Shown one piece after another: positions 19,490 to 29,547 of a stretch of 64,000 nt of DNA (position 1 is the first letter of the stretch; each line of letters starts with the position of its first letter). Position numbers and translations under genes: made by a program. The notes under the pieces were generated by a model, which ran no database searches, was not told where the DNA came from, and saw only the letters and a program-made list of their open reading frames with translations. The DNA comes from an uncultured Gemmatimonadales bacterium. GTDB lineage: Bacteria > Gemmatimonadota > Gemmatimonadetes > Gemmatimonadales > GWC2-71-9. The DNA is taken from the NCBI GenBank assembly GCA_963707875.1, contig CAVPRU010000014.1, positions 149,767-213,766 of the forward strand. Direction: 5' to 3'.

Positions 19490-20233
19490 TTAGGGCCGGA
19501 GTGCGAGGTAGGCAACCATCCGGCCGTCCCGGCCCCCGCTTCGCCGGTGGCTGAAGAGCCGATCCGGGAGTTCCGACGAACATAATTGTGATGTGGATAT
19601 CTCCCCTACCCCCATCCGCCTCGCCTGCGCCACCAGCACCACCCGAAGGTCCACCTGGAACGGGCCGGTCCCCGGGCAGGCGACCCCCAGGGCCCTCGGC
19701 ACCTCGGCGCCAACCTCGTAGCAGGCCCCACAGATCCCCGGGCCCAAGTGCATGGCGACGTCTTCCACCCGGGTCCCCGCCCGCGCCTGGAGGCACTCGA
19801 TCCCGGCGGCCAGGATTCCCGCGGCGGTTCCCCGCCACCCGGCATGGAGCAGGGCGACGGCCCGGGCGGCCGGATCCACCAGATAGACCGGGATGCAGTC
19901 GGCCACCGTCACGGCGAGCAGCAGGCCCGGGGTCCGGCTGGCGTGGCCGTCGCTGCCGTCGTGGAGGGAGAGACCGGCCGGGAGATCCCGGTGCCAGCTG
20001 ACCCGGTTGCCGTGAACTTGGCGGGAGACCACCACCGACCGGGCACCGGTCGCCGCCTGGAGGGCCCGCCAGCGGTCCAGGACGGCCCCGACCGGAGCGC
20101 CTCCCGCCAACCCGAGGTCGAAGGGAGCCGGCTCCCTCCCTCGCTCGGTGATTCCCGCCACCACCCTGAACCGTTCGGACCAGCCGGGCACTTCCGTGTG
20201 GGGTACCTCGACCGGAGAGTCGGGGCTAGTCAC
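19490..20233 (-). CDS. pgeF: YfiH/PgeF-family (DUF152) purine nucleoside phosphorylase / laccase-domain protein
   Basis: SRQVHGNRV...AVTVADCIPVYLVDP...ALLHAGWRGTAAGI...GPGICGACYEVG. GTG 20233 lies just after the murA stop. Confidence 0.85.
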   Translation of the reverse strand: MTSPDSPVEVPHTEVPGWSERFRVVAGITERGREPAPFDLGLAGGAPVGAVLDRWRALQAATGARSVVVSRQVHGNRVSWHRDLPAGLSLHDGSDGHASRTPGLLLAVTVADCIPVYLVDPAARAVALLHAGWRGTAAGILAAGIECLQARAGTRVEDVAMHLGPGICGACYEVGAEVPRALGVACPGTGPFQVDLRVVLVAQARRMGVGEISTSQLCSSELPDRLFSHRRSGGRDGRMVAYLALRP

Positions 20234-21506
20234 TCCGGGCGATCTGCGCCCCAAGGGCCTGGAGTCGCTCGTCGATCCGTTCATAGCCCCGATCGATCTG
20301 TCCGATGTTGTGGATCACGCTCTCCCCTTCGGCTGCCAGGGCGGCCAGCAGGATCGCCATACCGGCCCTGATATCCGGCGATTCCACTCGACTTCCCCGG
20401 AGCCGGGACGGCCCGTGGATGACCGCCCGGTGCGGATCGCACAGGACGATGCGGGCCCCCATCCCGATCAGCTTGTCGACGAAGAAGAGTCGCGACTCGA
20501 ACATCTTCTCGAACACCAGCAACACCCCCGCGCACTGGGTGGCGGTGACCAGGGCGATCGACATCACGTCGGCGGGAAACGCCGGCCAGGGTCCGTCTTC
20601 CAACTTGGGGATGTGGTCCCCGAGATCCGGACGGATCCGGCGCTCCTGGTTGGCGTCGACATGCAGCTGGTCGCCCTCCAGGCGGGGGCGGACCCCCAGC
20701 CGGTCGAAACCCAGCAGGATGCTCCGGAGGTCGGTTCCCCGAACCCCCTCGATCGTCAACCCGCTGTTGGTGACCGCGGCGAGTCCGATGAAGCTGCCGA
20801 TCTCGATGTGGTCGGGCCCGATCTCGAACTGGGTCCCCCGGAGCGGGCGCCCGCCCTGAACCCGATAGGTGTTGCTGCCGATGCCGTCGATCTCCGCCCC
20901 CATGGCCACCAGGAACCGGGCCAGATCCTGGACGTGGGGCTCGCTGGCCGCGTTCCGGAGTATGGTCTCACCCTGGGCGACGACCGCCGCCAGAAGCGCG
21001 TTCTCGGTCCCGGTGACCGATGGCTCATCCAGAAACAGGTCCGTCCCGACCAATCGGCGCGCCTCGATCTCATAGTGCGCCCCCACGAGGATCGACGCCC
21101 CGAGGGCCTCGAACGCCATCATGTGGGTGTCGATTCGGCGCCGGCCGATGACGTCCCCCCCGGGGGGTGGGAGCTTGACCGTCCCGAATCGGCCCAGCAG
21201 CGGGCCGGCGAGCAGGATCGAGGCCCGGATTCGGGCGCAGAGGTCGGGATCGAGCGGTCGGCTCTCGGCGTGGGCCGGATCGATCCGGAGCGCGTTGGAT
21301 CCGGTCCAGGTGACCTCGGCGCCCAGATGGGCGATCAGGGCCGCCATGTCCTCAACATCGCGGATCCGGGGCACGTTGAGCAGGTCCACCGGCCCCTCGG
21401 CCAGGAGGGTCGCGGCCAGAATGGGGAGCGCCGCATTCTTGTTTCCCGCCGGGCGTATCGTACCCCGGAGTGGGGCACCACCCTGAACAACGAATCGCTG
21501 AGCCAT
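20226..21506 (-). CDS. murA: UDP-N-acetylglucosamine 1-carboxyvinyltransferase
   Basis: MAQRFVVQGGAPLRGTIRPAGNKNAALPILAATLLAEG...; 426 aa from ATG 21506. Confidence 0.95.
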   Translation of the reverse strand: MAQRFVVQGGAPLRGTIRPAGNKNAALPILAATLLAEGPVDLLNVPRIRDVEDMAALIAHLGAEVTWTGSNALRIDPAHAESRPLDPDLCARIRASILLAGPLLGRFGTVKLPPPGGDVIGRRRIDTHMMAFEALGASILVGAHYEIEARRLVGTDLFLDEPSVTGTENALLAAVVAQGETILRNAASEPHVQDLARFLVAMGAEIDGIGSNTYRVQGGRPLRGTQFEIGPDHIEIGSFIGLAAVTNSGLTIEGVRGTDLRSILLGFDRLGVRPRLEGDQLHVDANQERRIRPDLGDHIPKLEDGPWPAFPADVMSIALVTATQCAGVLLVFEKMFESRLFFVDKLIGMGARIVLCDPHRAVIHGPSRLRGSRVESPDIRAGMAILLAALAAEGESVIHNIGQIDRGYERIDERLQALGAQIARSD

Positions 21507-21579
21507 GGGGCAAACCTCGCGCTCGACGGCCCGGTGCGTCAAGGCACCATTCGTCAAGAGGGATGCTTATCTTAGAAAC

Positions 21580-22020
21580 ATGCCGATTCTCGGAACCCTG
21601 ATCATGCTCCAGACCGGGGCCGCTCAGCCGGCGGCCTGGGTCGGTCCGACCATGGCCATTTCCCTTGCCGTCCTGGCGCTGTCGTTCGTGGTGATCGCGG
21701 CCATGGCGGCGGTCATTGGCACCCGCACGCTTCGCGCCGGGCGCCGGGTCGAGGAGGCCGCGGACGCGACCCGGGGGCTCGCGGTCAAGGTCCAGGACGA
21801 GGTCACCGAACTGGTCCGGACCAGTCAGCGGCTTCGGTTCGAGGTGGACCGGGGGGTCCGGCGGGCCAAGCGACGGCTCCAGGATCTGGACGCCGTCGCC
21901 GAGGTCGTGCAGGAGGAGATCGAGGAGACGGCGCTGGACGTCGCCGCCACGCTGCGCACCGTCCGGGTTGGACGCGGGGTGCTCGGCCGGATCACTCGGC
22001 TGCTCTGGAAGCGCCGGTGA
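21580..22020 (+). CDS. hypothetical membrane-anchored coiled-coil protein (DUF948-like)
   Basis: From MPILGTLIMLQTG..., a TM segment AISLAVLALSFVVIAAMAAVIG and then a charged helical region. Confidence 0.5.
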   Translation: MPILGTLIMLQTGAAQPAAWVGPTMAISLAVLALSFVVIAAMAAVIGTRTLRAGRRVEEAADATRGLAVKVQDEVTELVRTSQRLRFEVDRGVRRAKRRLQDLDAVAEVVQEEIEETALDVAATLRTVRVGRGVLGRITRLLWKRR

Positions 22021-23024
22021 CCGGTCGCCGCCTGCTCGGGGCGGCACTGGTCGGGTTCGCCGCCCTGTTCCTGCTGCCCGACCCGCTCTGGGCGTGGACC
22101 CCGGGCACCCACATCTGGCTGGCCGAGTCCGTCCTGGCCAATCTCCATCTCCTTCCGCCCCAGGTGGCGGACCTGCTGCACGCTTTCCCCTTCGATTTCC
22201 TGTACGGCAGCATCGCCCCCGACACCTCGCTGGCCAAGAAGTACGTTCCCCCGGGGCGGCACAGTCACTACTGGCAGATCGGGCGGGAGGTCTTCGATCA
22301 AGCCCCGAGCGACGCCCTGCGGGCGTTCGGCATGGGCTACCTGTCCCACCTGGCGGCGGACACGGTGGCCCACAACTTCTACGTGCCGCGCCAACTATTA
22401 CTGACCAGCAGTACCCGCTCGATGGGCCACTCCTACTGGGAGCTGCGGGTGGAGACCCATCTGACCGACGCCTTTGCACGACAGGCCCGCGACATCATCA
22501 TGCTCGACCACCAGGCCGCCGATCGGCACCTGGAGCGGATCATCTCCCCGACCATCTTCAGCGTCCGGACCAATCGCCGTCTGTTCAGGGGCCTGGTGCA
22601 TCTGGCGCACACCAAGAGTTGGCAACGAGCCATGAGCACCGCCCGGGAACGGAGCCGGTGGATTCTGACCGACGCGGACGTGGATCGGCACCTGGCCGCG
22701 ACCTACGATGTAACCATGGAGGCGCTGATTCACCCGACCGTCCCGGCGCTGGCCCTCGATCTGGACCCGATCGGGGCACGCAATCTCCGGCATGCCAAGC
22801 GGATGCGCCGCTCGGAGGTGTTGAAGGGCGTCTGGTTCGAGCCGGAGCGGCTGATTCCGATGGCGGAAGCGGAGTTCGGCTTGCCCTCGCAGTTGCCGGG
22901 GTTCTGGCAGGATTCCATCATCGTGCGTCCTTGGCTGACGGCCGGGACGAATGGTGACGATCAGGCAGAGCGAAGTGCGGCGACCCCATCGAGCAACCGC
23001 TCCACTTCCTCGTCGGAGTTGTAG
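22017..23024 (+). CDS. zinc-dependent phospholipase C-like protein
   Basis: Signal-like N-terminus, then WTPGTHIWLAE, FLYGSIAPD and YLSHLAADTVAHNFY metal-ligand-like motifs. The 3' end overlaps the convergent aminotransferase gene by 64 nt. Confidence 0.6.
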   Translation: MTGRRLLGAALVGFAALFLLPDPLWAWTPGTHIWLAESVLANLHLLPPQVADLLHAFPFDFLYGSIAPDTSLAKKYVPPGRHSHYWQIGREVFDQAPSDALRAFGMGYLSHLAADTVAHNFYVPRQLLLTSSTRSMGHSYWELRVETHLTDAFARQARDIIMLDHQAADRHLERIISPTIFSVRTNRRLFRGLVHLAHTKSWQRAMSTARERSRWILTDADVDRHLAATYDVTMEALIHPTVPALALDLDPIGARNLRHAKRMRRSEVLKGVWFEPERLIPMAEAEFGLPSQLPGFWQDSIIVRPWLTAGTNGDDQAERSAATPSSNRSTSSSEL

Positions 23025-24205
23025 CAGGAATAGCCCACCCGGACCAAACCCTCCCTTTCCAATCCCAGCCGTTCCAGGACGGTGGCCGCGTAGAAGTCCC
23101 CGTGCGAGAGGAACAGCCCCCGATCGACCAGCCGGCGGGCCACCGCCTCACTCGAATGGCCGGCGACGGTGAAACCGAGGGTGGAGGTTCGGGGACGGTC
23201 GGGGCCGGGGCCGTAGACGGTGACCCCGGGGAGGGCCGCCAGCCCCTCCCAAGTGCGCCGGACCTGGGCCGCCGCCCGGGCATGGAGCACGGCGTAGCTG
23301 TCCCGCAGTGCCTCGCGCAGGGTGGTCCGCCCTGGAGCCAGATCACCCAGAAACCGGATCGCCGCTTCGGTCCCGGCGATCGCTTCATGACTCAGGGTGC
23401 CGGTCTCGAGCCGCTCCGGCGCCGTGTCCGGCGCGGGCGCCAGTCGGGGAACCCGCACCGCGGCCAGCAGGTCACCGCGACCCCAGAGGACCCCGAGGTG
23501 GGGACCATAGAACTTGTACGGTGAGCAGGCGAAGAAATCGCAACCGGTACGGTCCACGTCGGGGAGCAGGTGGGGGGTCGAGTGGACTCCATCCACGAAG
23601 GAAAGCGCCCCGGCCGCCCGAGCCAGGTCGCAGGCGCGCCGCACGTCGGAGACGACGCCCAGCGCATTGGAGGCGGCCCCGATCGCCAGGAGCTTCGTGC
23701 GAGGGCCGATCGACCGCTCCAGCGCTTCCCAGATCAACTCGCCGCTGGCCGGGTTGAACGGCACCGACCGGATCACGATCCCGCGTTCGGCTTCCAGGAC
23801 GGTCCAGGGTGCCCGGTTCGCGTGATGATCGAGATCGGTAATCACCACCTCGTCCCCGGGACCCCACTCGCGGGCCAGCCCCCGCGCCAGATGGAAGGTC
23901 AGCGTGGTCATGTTCTGGCCGAATACAACCTCCGAAGCCCGTCCATTCAGAAACTCTGCGACCACCTCCCGGGCCTGGAGGATGATGTCATCGGTTTCCT
24001 CGCTGGACGGATAGGCCCAATGGGTGTTGGCGTTGTGGTGGGTGAGGTAGTCCACCATCGCCCCCAGCACCACCTGTGGGACCTGGGTGCCACCGGGTCC
24101 GTCGAGAAAGGCCACCGGGTGCCCCCGATGGCGACGGCGAAGCGCCGGAAACGCTTCCTGGATCGTCGTGAGATCCGCCACCGCTGGCGTCGTCGTGTCC
24201 CTCAT
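22961..24205 (-). CDS. class V aminotransferase, cysteine desulfurase-like family
   Basis: 414 aa: AFLDGPGGTQVP...VITDLDHHANRAPW...FFACSPYKFYGPHLGVLWG. Confidence 0.8.
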   Translation of the reverse strand: MRDTTTPAVADLTTIQEAFPALRRRHRGHPVAFLDGPGGTQVPQVVLGAMVDYLTHHNANTHWAYPSSEETDDIILQAREVVAEFLNGRASEVVFGQNMTTLTFHLARGLAREWGPGDEVVITDLDHHANRAPWTVLEAERGIVIRSVPFNPASGELIWEALERSIGPRTKLLAIGAASNALGVVSDVRRACDLARAAGALSFVDGVHSTPHLLPDVDRTGCDFFACSPYKFYGPHLGVLWGRGDLLAAVRVPRLAPAPDTAPERLETGTLSHEAIAGTEAAIRFLGDLAPGRTTLREALRDSYAVLHARAAAQVRRTWEGLAALPGVTVYGPGPDRPRTSTLGFTVAGHSSEAVARRLVDRGLFLSHGDFYAATVLERLGLEREGLVRVGYSCYNSDEEVERLLDGVAALRSA

Positions 24206-25620
24206 CCCTTGAGCCTCCTCAGCAGTACCGGCTGCACCCCTTTGGGATCCGCCTTGCCCTGGCTTCGCTTCATGACCTGCCCGACCAGAAACCCGAGCAG
24301 CTTTGCTTCCCCACCGCGGAACCGGGTCACCTCGGCTGGGCAGGCGGCGATCACCTCGTCGACCCAGGCTTCGAGCGCTCCGGTGTCCCGGACCTGGATC
24401 AGCCCCAGCCGTTCCGCCGCCACCAGTGGTGCTTCCCCACCCACCAGTTCGGGGAGCACCTTCTTGGCCGCCTGCAGGCTGACGGTGCCGGCGGCGACCA
24501 GCCCGATCAGAGCCGCCAGCCGAACGGGCTCAACCGCAAACGCCCCGGTCTCGTTGTAGCCGGTCATCACCTCCGACATCACCCAATTGGCGGCCGCCTT
24601 CGGATCGGCTCCGGCACCCACCACCAGTTCGAAATAGTCGGCCAGCGCCACCTCGCTGCTCAGCACCCCGGTGTCATAGTCCGGCAGACCATACACCCGT
24701 CCCAGGCGGGCCCGCTTGGCGTCCGGCAGCTCGGGCAACGCCGCGCGTTCCTGCTCCACCCACGCCGGGGCCAGCACCAGGGGCGGGAGGTCAGGCTCGG
24801 GGAAGTAGCGATAGTCGTGGCTCGCCTCCTTGGACCGCATCGGGCGCGCCTGACCCACGGCCGCGTCGTACAGCATGGTCACCTGACTGATCTCGCCGCC
24901 GCTTTCCAGCACCTGGATCTGGCGATCCCGCTCGGCCTCAAGAGCCCGCTCCACGTTCGCAAAGCTGTTCAGGTTCTTGATCTCGGTCTTGGTGCCCAGC
25001 CGGGTCTCCCCTGCTTGGCGAACCGAGACGTTGGCGTCCACCCGGAGACTTCCCTGCTCCATGCTGCAATCACTGATGCCGGCGTACAGCAGCACCTGCT
25101 TCATCGCGGTGAGGTAGGCCCGGGCATCGGCCGGTGAACCCAGGTCCGGCTCGCTCACGATTTCTGCCAGGGGAACCCCCGCCCGGTTGAGATCCACCGC
25201 AGTCATCCCGGGGAAGCGATCGTGCAGCGACTTGCCCGCGTCCTCCTCCAGATGGAGCCGGGTGATCCCGACGGTCAGCTCGCCCCGCTCCGGGGACCCG
25301 ATCCGGAGTTGTCCTCCCGTGGCGAGCGGCCGGTCGAACTGGCTGATCTGATAGCCCTTCGGAAGGTCCGGGTAGAAGTAGTTCTTCCGGCTGAAGATGC
25401 TGGTCCCATGGATGGTGCAGCCCAGCGCCAGCGCGGCCCGCACCCCGAGGCGGACCGCTTCCTCATTGGGGACCGGCAGCGCCCCCGGGAGACCAAGGCA
25501 GACCGGGCAGACGTTGGTGTTCGGCTGTTCGCCGAACACCGCCGCGCAGCCGCAGAACATCTTGCTCCGGGTCGCCAGCTGGACGTGGACCTCGAGCCCG
25601 ATGACCGTTTCCCAGCTCAT
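24202..25620 (-). CDS. gatB: Asp/Glu-tRNA(Asn/Gln) amidotransferase subunit B
   Basis: MSWETVIGLEVHVQLATRSKMFCGC...NVCPVCLGLPGALPV. Confidence 0.95.
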   Translation of the reverse strand: MSWETVIGLEVHVQLATRSKMFCGCAAVFGEQPNTNVCPVCLGLPGALPVPNEEAVRLGVRAALALGCTIHGTSIFSRKNYFYPDLPKGYQISQFDRPLATGGQLRIGSPERGELTVGITRLHLEEDAGKSLHDRFPGMTAVDLNRAGVPLAEIVSEPDLGSPADARAYLTAMKQVLLYAGISDCSMEQGSLRVDANVSVRQAGETRLGTKTEIKNLNSFANVERALEAERDRQIQVLESGGEISQVTMLYDAAVGQARPMRSKEASHDYRYFPEPDLPPLVLAPAWVEQERAALPELPDAKRARLGRVYGLPDYDTGVLSSEVALADYFELVVGAGADPKAAANWVMSEVMTGYNETGAFAVEPVRLAALIGLVAAGTVSLQAAKKVLPELVGGEAPLVAAERLGLIQVRDTGALEAWVDEVIAACPAEVTRFRGGEAKLLGFLVGQVMKRSQGKADPKGVQPVLLRRLKG

Positions 25621-26996
25621 CGGACCTCCTCCGTGGCTGGGAGATTCCGTTCCAGCACCCCAGCCGCTTCCAGCATCAGGGTATCCCCGAGGTAGGGCGC
25701 GATGAACTGACCGCCGACGGGGAGGCCCTCACTCCGCCCGATCGGGACACTCACCCCGGGCAGACCGGCCAGGTTGACGGCGCAGACGAAGATGTCGGCC
25801 AGGTACATGGCCACCGGATCGCCGATCTTCTCGCCGGCCTTGAAAGCGGTACTCGGCGCGGTCGGGGTGAAGAGCAGGTCCACCCCACCGGCAAAGACGC
25901 CCTGAAAATCGGCGGCGATCGCTGAACGCATCCGCTGGGCCTTGCCGTAATAGGCGTCGTAGTATCCGGAACTGAGCACGTAGGTGCCGGTCAGAATTCG
26001 ACGGCGCACCTCGGGGCCGAAGCCGCGCCCCCGGGTCTGCCGGTACAGCCCCCGCAGGTCAACCGCCGTGTCCGGTCGGCTGGGGCCGTAGCGGACCCCA
26101 TCGTAGCGGGCCAGGTTGGCGGACGCCTCGGCTGGCGCGATGATATAGTAGGTCGGCACCGCGAACGGCGAGTGAGGCAACGAGACCGGAACGACCTTGC
26201 CCCCCAGAGCTCGAATGGCGGCCACCGCCCGGTCGGTCGCCGCCCGGACTCCGGAGTCGAGGTCGGCCGGGAAGTACTCTTCCGGGAGCCCGATCGTGAG
26301 CCCCGAAAAGTCCTTCCGGCCCAACGGCAGGGCCACGGGTGGACGATCCAGCGACGTGGCATCGAGCGGATCGTGGCCGCTGATGGTATGGAGCACCCGG
26401 GCGGCGTCATCCACCGTCTGCCCGAAGACCGAGACGCAATCGAGCGAGGACCCGAAGGCCACGAGACCATAGCGGCTCACGGTACCGTACGAGGGCTTGA
26501 CGCCGATCACCCCGCAGAAGCTGGCCGGCTGACGGACCGATCCGCCGGTCTCCGACCCGAGTGCGGCGGGGACGACGCCCGCCGCGACGAGGGCGGCGGA
26601 ACCGCCGGAGGAGCCCCCGGGAACCCGGGTTGGATCGATCGGGTGGAGGACCCGGCCGAAGGCCGAGTGTTCCGTCGAGGACCCCATCGCAAACTCGTCG
26701 AGGTTGGCCTTGGCCGCGATCAGCGCCCCGGCCTGGCGCAACCGCCGGATGACCGTGGCCTCGAAGGGCGACTGGTAGCCCTCCAGAATGCGAGAGCCGC
26801 AGGTGGTCGGCGTCCCGAGGGTGGCAAGGTTGTCCTTGACCGCCACCGGCATTCCCCCCAGCGTCGACCGCCCCATCGCCTCGACCGCCTCCGCCTGTTG
26901 CAGCAGGTCCCCGGCCGACCAATGCAGCGTCGCGTTCAGGCCACTTGCGGCCTCGAGCTTCCGGGCGACTTCGGTCGCCATCTCCCGCACGCTCAT
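25617..26996 (-). CDS. gatA: Glu-tRNA(Gln) amidotransferase subunit A
   Basis: Amidase signature: VAVKDNLAT...GGSSGGSAALVAAG...GSETGGSVRQPASFCG. Confidence 0.95.
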   Translation of the reverse strand: MSVREMATEVARKLEAASGLNATLHWSAGDLLQQAEAVEAMGRSTLGGMPVAVKDNLATLGTPTTCGSRILEGYQSPFEATVIRRLRQAGALIAAKANLDEFAMGSSTEHSAFGRVLHPIDPTRVPGGSSGGSAALVAAGVVPAALGSETGGSVRQPASFCGVIGVKPSYGTVSRYGLVAFGSSLDCVSVFGQTVDDAARVLHTISGHDPLDATSLDRPPVALPLGRKDFSGLTIGLPEEYFPADLDSGVRAATDRAVAAIRALGGKVVPVSLPHSPFAVPTYYIIAPAEASANLARYDGVRYGPSRPDTAVDLRGLYRQTRGRGFGPEVRRRILTGTYVLSSGYYDAYYGKAQRMRSAIAADFQGVFAGGVDLLFTPTAPSTAFKAGEKIGDPVAMYLADIFVCAVNLAGLPGVSVPIGRSEGLPVGGQFIAPYLGDTLMLEAAGVLERNLPATEEVR

Positions 26997-27295
26997 GCTG
27001 GGTCGTCCATCCCTGCCACCCGAGGGACGATGAAATACCCGTGGCGCCAGGCGGGCGCGAGGTCGGCGGGGCCCAGGGTCAGTGGCACCGGGTTCACCAC
27101 GTCAGGCCGCAGTGGAGTCTGAGAAGGGCCCGGCAGGAAGTCGGGAAGCTCGTCCCCGCCGTCGTAGCCCTTCAGCTGGGCGACGTAGTCCACGATCCGC
27201 TCCAGTTGGGCGACCAGGGTGGGCAGTTCCTCCTCGGTCACCGCGATCTCCGCCAGCTCGGCGATGCGCTGCACGGCGTTTCGGTCCAGGGTCAC
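26993..27295 (-). CDS. gatC: Asp/Glu-tRNA amidotransferase subunit C
   Basis: 100 aa: VQRIAELAEIAVTEEELPTLVAQLERIVDYVAQL. Operon order is gatC-gatA-gatB with 4-nt overlaps. Confidence 0.9.
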   Translation of the reverse strand: MTLDRNAVQRIAELAEIAVTEEELPTLVAQLERIVDYVAQLKGYDGGDELPDFLPGPSQTPLRPDVVNPVPLTLGPADLAPAWRHGYFIVPRVAGMDDPA

Positions 27296-29542
27296 TCGCC
27301 CTCCCAGGCCTTTTCCAGGCCGGCGTAAGCCACCAGCAATTGCTTGGTCCCCATCTCCTCGTCATCGAAAAGTACGGTGACTTTCAGTTCCTTCCCCGCC
27401 CCGGTCAATCCCTCGATGCTCCCGGTCCCGAACCGGCGGTGCCGGACCCGCTCCCCCTTCACGAAACGCGGGGCATCCTGGGAGAGCTCCTCGGTCGGGA
27501 TGCGAAAGACCGAGGACGCTGCCGATGGCGGGGCTGGAGCGGCGCTGGGTCGCGGCCCGCGGCGGGCACCGGACCACGACCGGTTCGACGGTCCCCCAAA
27601 GACCGATGAGGTGCGCTTCTCCTCGATGATCTCCGGCGGAAGGGCCCGAAGGAAGCGGGACGCCATCCCGGGACGGACCTCACCACCGCGACGACGGGAA
27701 CGCGCCCAGGCCAGATACAGCTTGTCCTTGGCTCGGGTGAGCCCGACGTAGAAGAGCCGACGCTCCTCCTCCAGTCCGTCGACCGTTTCCAGGGCCCGGG
27801 CCAGGGGGAACAGCCCATCCTCAAGTCCGGTAATCGCCACCACCGGCCATTCCAGCCCCTTGGCAGTGTGCAGGGTCATCAGGGTCACCCCCCGTTCCTC
27901 GCCCTCCTCCTTGTCCTGGGCCGAAATGAGCGCCGCTTCGGAGAGGAACCGCTCCAGGGCGGTCCCTTCCCGCTCGTCAATCACCTCGGACCAGTCCGCC
28001 GCGGCCGCAATCAGTTCCCGGACATTCTCCCAGCGATCCGCCCCCTCGGGACCCTCTTTGAGCAGGACCCGCTCGTAATCGATCCGGTTCACGAGATCCT
28101 CGAGCACCAGCCCCGGGGAGAGGTCCTCCGAACGGGTGCGGAGATCGGTGACCAGTTCGGCAAAGCCGATCAGGGCATCGCGGACATTGGGCCGCATGCC
28201 TTCGATGCCGCCGGCGAGCGCAGCGGTCGCCAGCAGCGACTTCTTCCACCTGGTCGCCGTCTCCGCGAGGGAGGCGAGGGTGCTGTCCCCCACCCCCCGG
28301 CGAGGAACCGCGATCGCCCGAAGGAAGGCCTCGTCATCGACCGGGTTGGCCACCAGCCGGAGGTAGGCCAGCAGGTCCTTCACCTCGCGCCGATCGTAGA
28401 AGCTGGTGGCGCCAATCAGGCGATAGGGGACCCCGGCCCGCCGGAAACTCTCCTCCATCGCCCGCGACTGGGAATTGGTCCGATACAGCACCGCCATCTC
28501 GAGGTAGGACCAGTCCCCCTCCCGCTGCCGTCGGGCATACTCGAGCGCGATCCACTCCGCTTCGTCCCGTTCGTCCGCGGCTGCCACCACCGTCACCGAC
28601 TCCCCACCGGTACGGCGGGTATGCAGGGTCTTTCCCAGGCGGGAACTGTTCTCGGCGATGACGGCGTTGGCGGCGTCGAGCACGACGCGAGTGGAATCGG
28701 TAGTTCTCCTCCAGCCGGACCAGGCGTACGTCACCAAAGTCCCGCTGAAACTCCCGCATGTTCTTCACTTCGGCCCCGCGCCAGCCGTAGATGCTCTGGT
28801 CATCGTCGCCCACCGCAAACACGTTGCCGTGGCCTCCCAGGGCCCGCACCAGCTGGTACTGGGCCTTGTTGGTATCCTGAAACTCGTCCACCAGGACGAA
28901 CTGGAATCGTTCCCGATACCAGGCCAGCCGGTCGGGGTGGTCCCGGAACAGGTTGAGCGGGTGGAGCATCAGGTCGTCGAAGTCCATCGCGTTGAGGGCC
29001 CGGAGCCCCCCGGCGAGGGCGCCCATCACGTCGGCGGCGACTTTGGTGACGGGGTCCTGCGGGGCGGAAGCGAGCAGCGATTCAGCGCTCTGCATCCGGT
29101 TCTTGGCTCCGGAGATGACGGCCTGAATGAGTTTCGGTGAGAATAACCGGCTCGGATGGTTCCGGTCATCCATCAGCCGACGGATCAGCGACAGCCGGTC
29201 GTCCTCATCGTAGATCGTGAAGTTTCGGCTGAACCCGATCCGCTCGGCCTCTCGCCGGAGGATGCGGGCGGAGAGCGAGTGGAACGTCCCGATCCAGAGC
29301 CCCGCGGGATCGCGCCCCAGCAAGTGGCCAACCCGCGCCTTCATTTCCCCGGCGGCCCGGTTGGTAAAGGTGACCGCGAAGATCCGTTCAGGGGGGACGC
29401 CATGCTCCTGAATGAGGCGGGCGATCCGCACGGTGAGGACCCGGGTCTTTCCGGATCCCGCACCGGCCAGGACCATGATGGGGCCGTGCACGTGCTCGGC
29501 GGCTTCCCGTTGAGTCGGATTGAGACTGCCGAGCCAGTCCAT
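27292..29542 (-). pseudogene. UvrD/PcrA-type ATP-dependent DNA helicase, reading frame interrupted by a 1-nt indel
   Basis: N-half from ATG 29542 lies in ORF 28334..30052: MDWLGSLNPTQREAAEHVHGPIMVLAGAGSGKTR...VLVDEFQDTN...VRLEENYR. C-half lies in ORF 27292..28737: STRVVLDAANAVIAENSSRLGKTL...YRTNSQSR...MTLHTAKGLEWPVV. The frames differ by 1 and join at about 28693..28699. Confidence 0.85.
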
Positions 29543-29547
29543 CGGGG

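Noticed and set aside
21352-22957. Long overlapping ORFs 21352..22479 (-) and 21716..22957 (+)
   Set aside because: They overlap the DUF948-like and phospholipase-C-like genes out of frame. They are Arg/Pro/Gly-rich and have no motifs.
28334-28692. About 120 codons at the 3' end of ORF 28334..30052 (RFHSRRARRRQRRHRREQFPPGK...)
   Set aside because: This is an out-of-frame run-on after the uvrD frame break. The real helicase sequence for this DNA is in the other frame (ORF 27292..28737).
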